From Balanoglossus misakiensis (Eukaryota; Animalia; Hemichordata): a stretch of DNA of 64,000 nucleotides. Both the position numbers and the translations under genes were made by a program. Each line of letters begins with the position of its first letter. Position 1 is the first letter of the stretch. A model generated the notes under the pieces. It had not been told where the DNA came from. It did no database searches and worked only from the letters and a program-made list of their open reading frames with translations. Of the stretch, positions 61,307 to 64,000 are shown piece after piece. The stretch is from positions 11,689,912 through 11,753,911 of the forward strand of contig CM082592.2 of NCBI GenBank assembly GCA_040954595.2. The letters are read 5' to 3'.

Positions 61307-63512
61307 CCACGGGATCTCGTGAGACCATTATCGTGTACACCGAAGATAAACAAGAGAAACACCGAGATATTCAATTTCCGAAATTGCAGTGTACTCTCCA
61401 GCAAAACCGGATAAAGTCAAAGTGACTGCGTCTGACGTAATCTTGTAATCTTTCCGCGAGATATTCTTTATCTTTCGCCACAGATTTGGTGTTTTCCCCA
61501 CTCTCCTCTAAACATTACACAACCACATATACGCGTTTTAAAGAGCTTCCAGGACAGCTTCGACAAGACAACATCTTGCATTCCGTTTCTTTCTGTCACT
61601 TTCTGACGGCGATGATTAAAAATGAGCGGAGTTTGGAGCCCCAGTGTCTGACACAGTCAATTTCGTTCTGATGTACAAACACCTCGGGATGAAATATTTC
61701 CACCGAAGAGTCGCTTTGATGAATACTTTATTGCTTTTAAAGTTGAATTTCAAATAAATACTCTGCTAATGATGTCACTAGAACCATGTAAATTACGGTG
61801 GCACCATTTATAACCACTATGGGACAAATAATCTGTCATAGTGGGCATTTAAGGACATGGAAAATCGTTTTGATTGTGTGATAACCAACCAACCGTTGAT
61901 TTTTGTCAGTCTCAGACCATGCGGCCGCCAGGACTGATTGGAGCGATAATAACTATTGTGCAGAACGTTCATTTTCGATACAGTTGCCTATCACCTTATA
62001 TATTGGAGTTAACATACATTATACACCGAAAAATCGTGGTTCTTACGTTACGCCTACAAGGTTCTTAGATAGCCGTGGTTCTTACCGAAATATGCGCATC
62101 AGATTACATGACGCATGTACTCGCATTGCACCATACCTCTCCGATTCAAACCAGCTTACTGTTACAAGAAGGGAAATATTTTTTCCTGTGACTGAAATCC
62201 ACTCCTTAGCTGACAATAATGAGCTTTAGAATCCCAACCTACCAAATGTAATCCGACGGTATCACTACAAGACAGTTAACGAGAATTTAAGACCCGAAAA
62301 TCGATGGTTATTGTTTTCGCTAACGACCACCGCTTTGTGAACTGTCTCCGTGCTTCCGTGTGGAGCTTCTTGCATGGCTGATCAACGAAGGAGGGATTTA
62401 CTGGGAGCAGAAGAGCAGCCCATTTCATGAATTCGAATGGCCTTTGCTCTTTAGATTGACTTCAGAGTCTTGTCTGTCGGACTGTAGCAGTCATTTTGAA
62501 TTATGTCGCCGTTAAACATGTGTTTTGCTTGTGGTGGCATGGTCTATTGCTTCGCCAACTTCTTAGGTCTCGGCGATACACTGGCTTCCTATCCTGAACC
62601 CAGGAATCTCCCAGACAAAGGTGTGATTATAAAAGTCGTACCTGTGTGACTGGTCTAGTTACAAATAACTACAGTATGTCTCACATTGTACGTATAACCA
62701 TAGGCTGTTATTGACGCTGATCAAAATGACTCCTAAAAGTTCCGTATGTGTGTGGATTTTGTGAAATAATTCCTATCCCTTTGAATATTGCGCAATTCCC
62801 ACAGCTTGCTATCCTGCGGTGAATACAAAGGCACAGAATAGATCAGTTGCCGGAGCACTTGGGGATGATATCTATCTTTGGTCACGTGGTGTGGCTAACA
62901 ACTTCTAAGCTTGAATCTCCCCAATGGATAACTTTGTTTATGACTAACCCACAAGCGATGACATCAGGTAGAAAATTATCAGATTCCCAAAGGCATCGTA
63001 AAATTGAATTAATCGACTTCAGTTGTTGAGTTGCATCTTTATTCTGTATGTCAACTAAAGTTTCTTGTAGAAAGTTTGCTCATCCCCCGTGTTGGCCAAA
63101 ACGGTTAGATATAAATCTCTTTTACAACTGATATCCCAAGCAGCCCCAAATTATCCATCAGAAGTGTTAAATCATATATTATATTGACACCTATGTCGGT
63201 CAGCATCCTCTATATCACTTCAAACCTATCACCAAGAGAACGTTTAAGGATGAGTCGTGCATTATTCACCTATCTCCAACAAGGCCGTAGGACAAAGCAC
63301 GCCATTAACCAAGATTTGACTAATTACATGTCTGGAGGAAACACTTCCATTGTCCCCCTTGCTGGAATGCCTCTGAGAGAAAACAATACCTATCAAACAG
63401 AAGCAAAAACATTTAATTTTAGTGGAAATAACTGCGTGTATATTTGTACATAGGCTTTTATGGTATTCCCATTGAGAGTCCAAACTAACACCTTATCTGT
63501 ATCTCTCTGCAG

Positions 63513-64000
<488 letters not shown>

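Overview
Gene-dense, intron-containing eukaryotic (metazoan) DNA, not prokaryotic; protein similarity suggests an invertebrate deuterostome, but that is inference. Exon models were built by hand from splice signals and reading-frame phase. In order: the 3' end of UBE3B (+), CCDC86 (-), RSRC2 (+), SHPK (+; ~15-kb first intron), RWDD4 (-; one GC-AG intron and a 3-nt microexon), a small TAF1D-like gene (+), a 23-kb domino/SRCAP/EP400 chromatin-remodeller gene (+) and the 5' end of a cholinesterase (+). The domino locus is the most notable. It appears to encode both a short SRCAP/DOM-B-like and a long p400/DOM-A-like protein through a 3' switch intron, which also holds a stop-containing exon candidate and an AG|GTAAG recursive-type site. 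Its shared introns carry about 10-12 H/ACA snoRNA copies (SNORA3 x3, SNORA27 x3, SNORA33 x2, SNORA32 plus decayed copies, one orphan candidate). Family assignments rest on recalled human sequences and manual rRNA pocket pairing; no database search was run.
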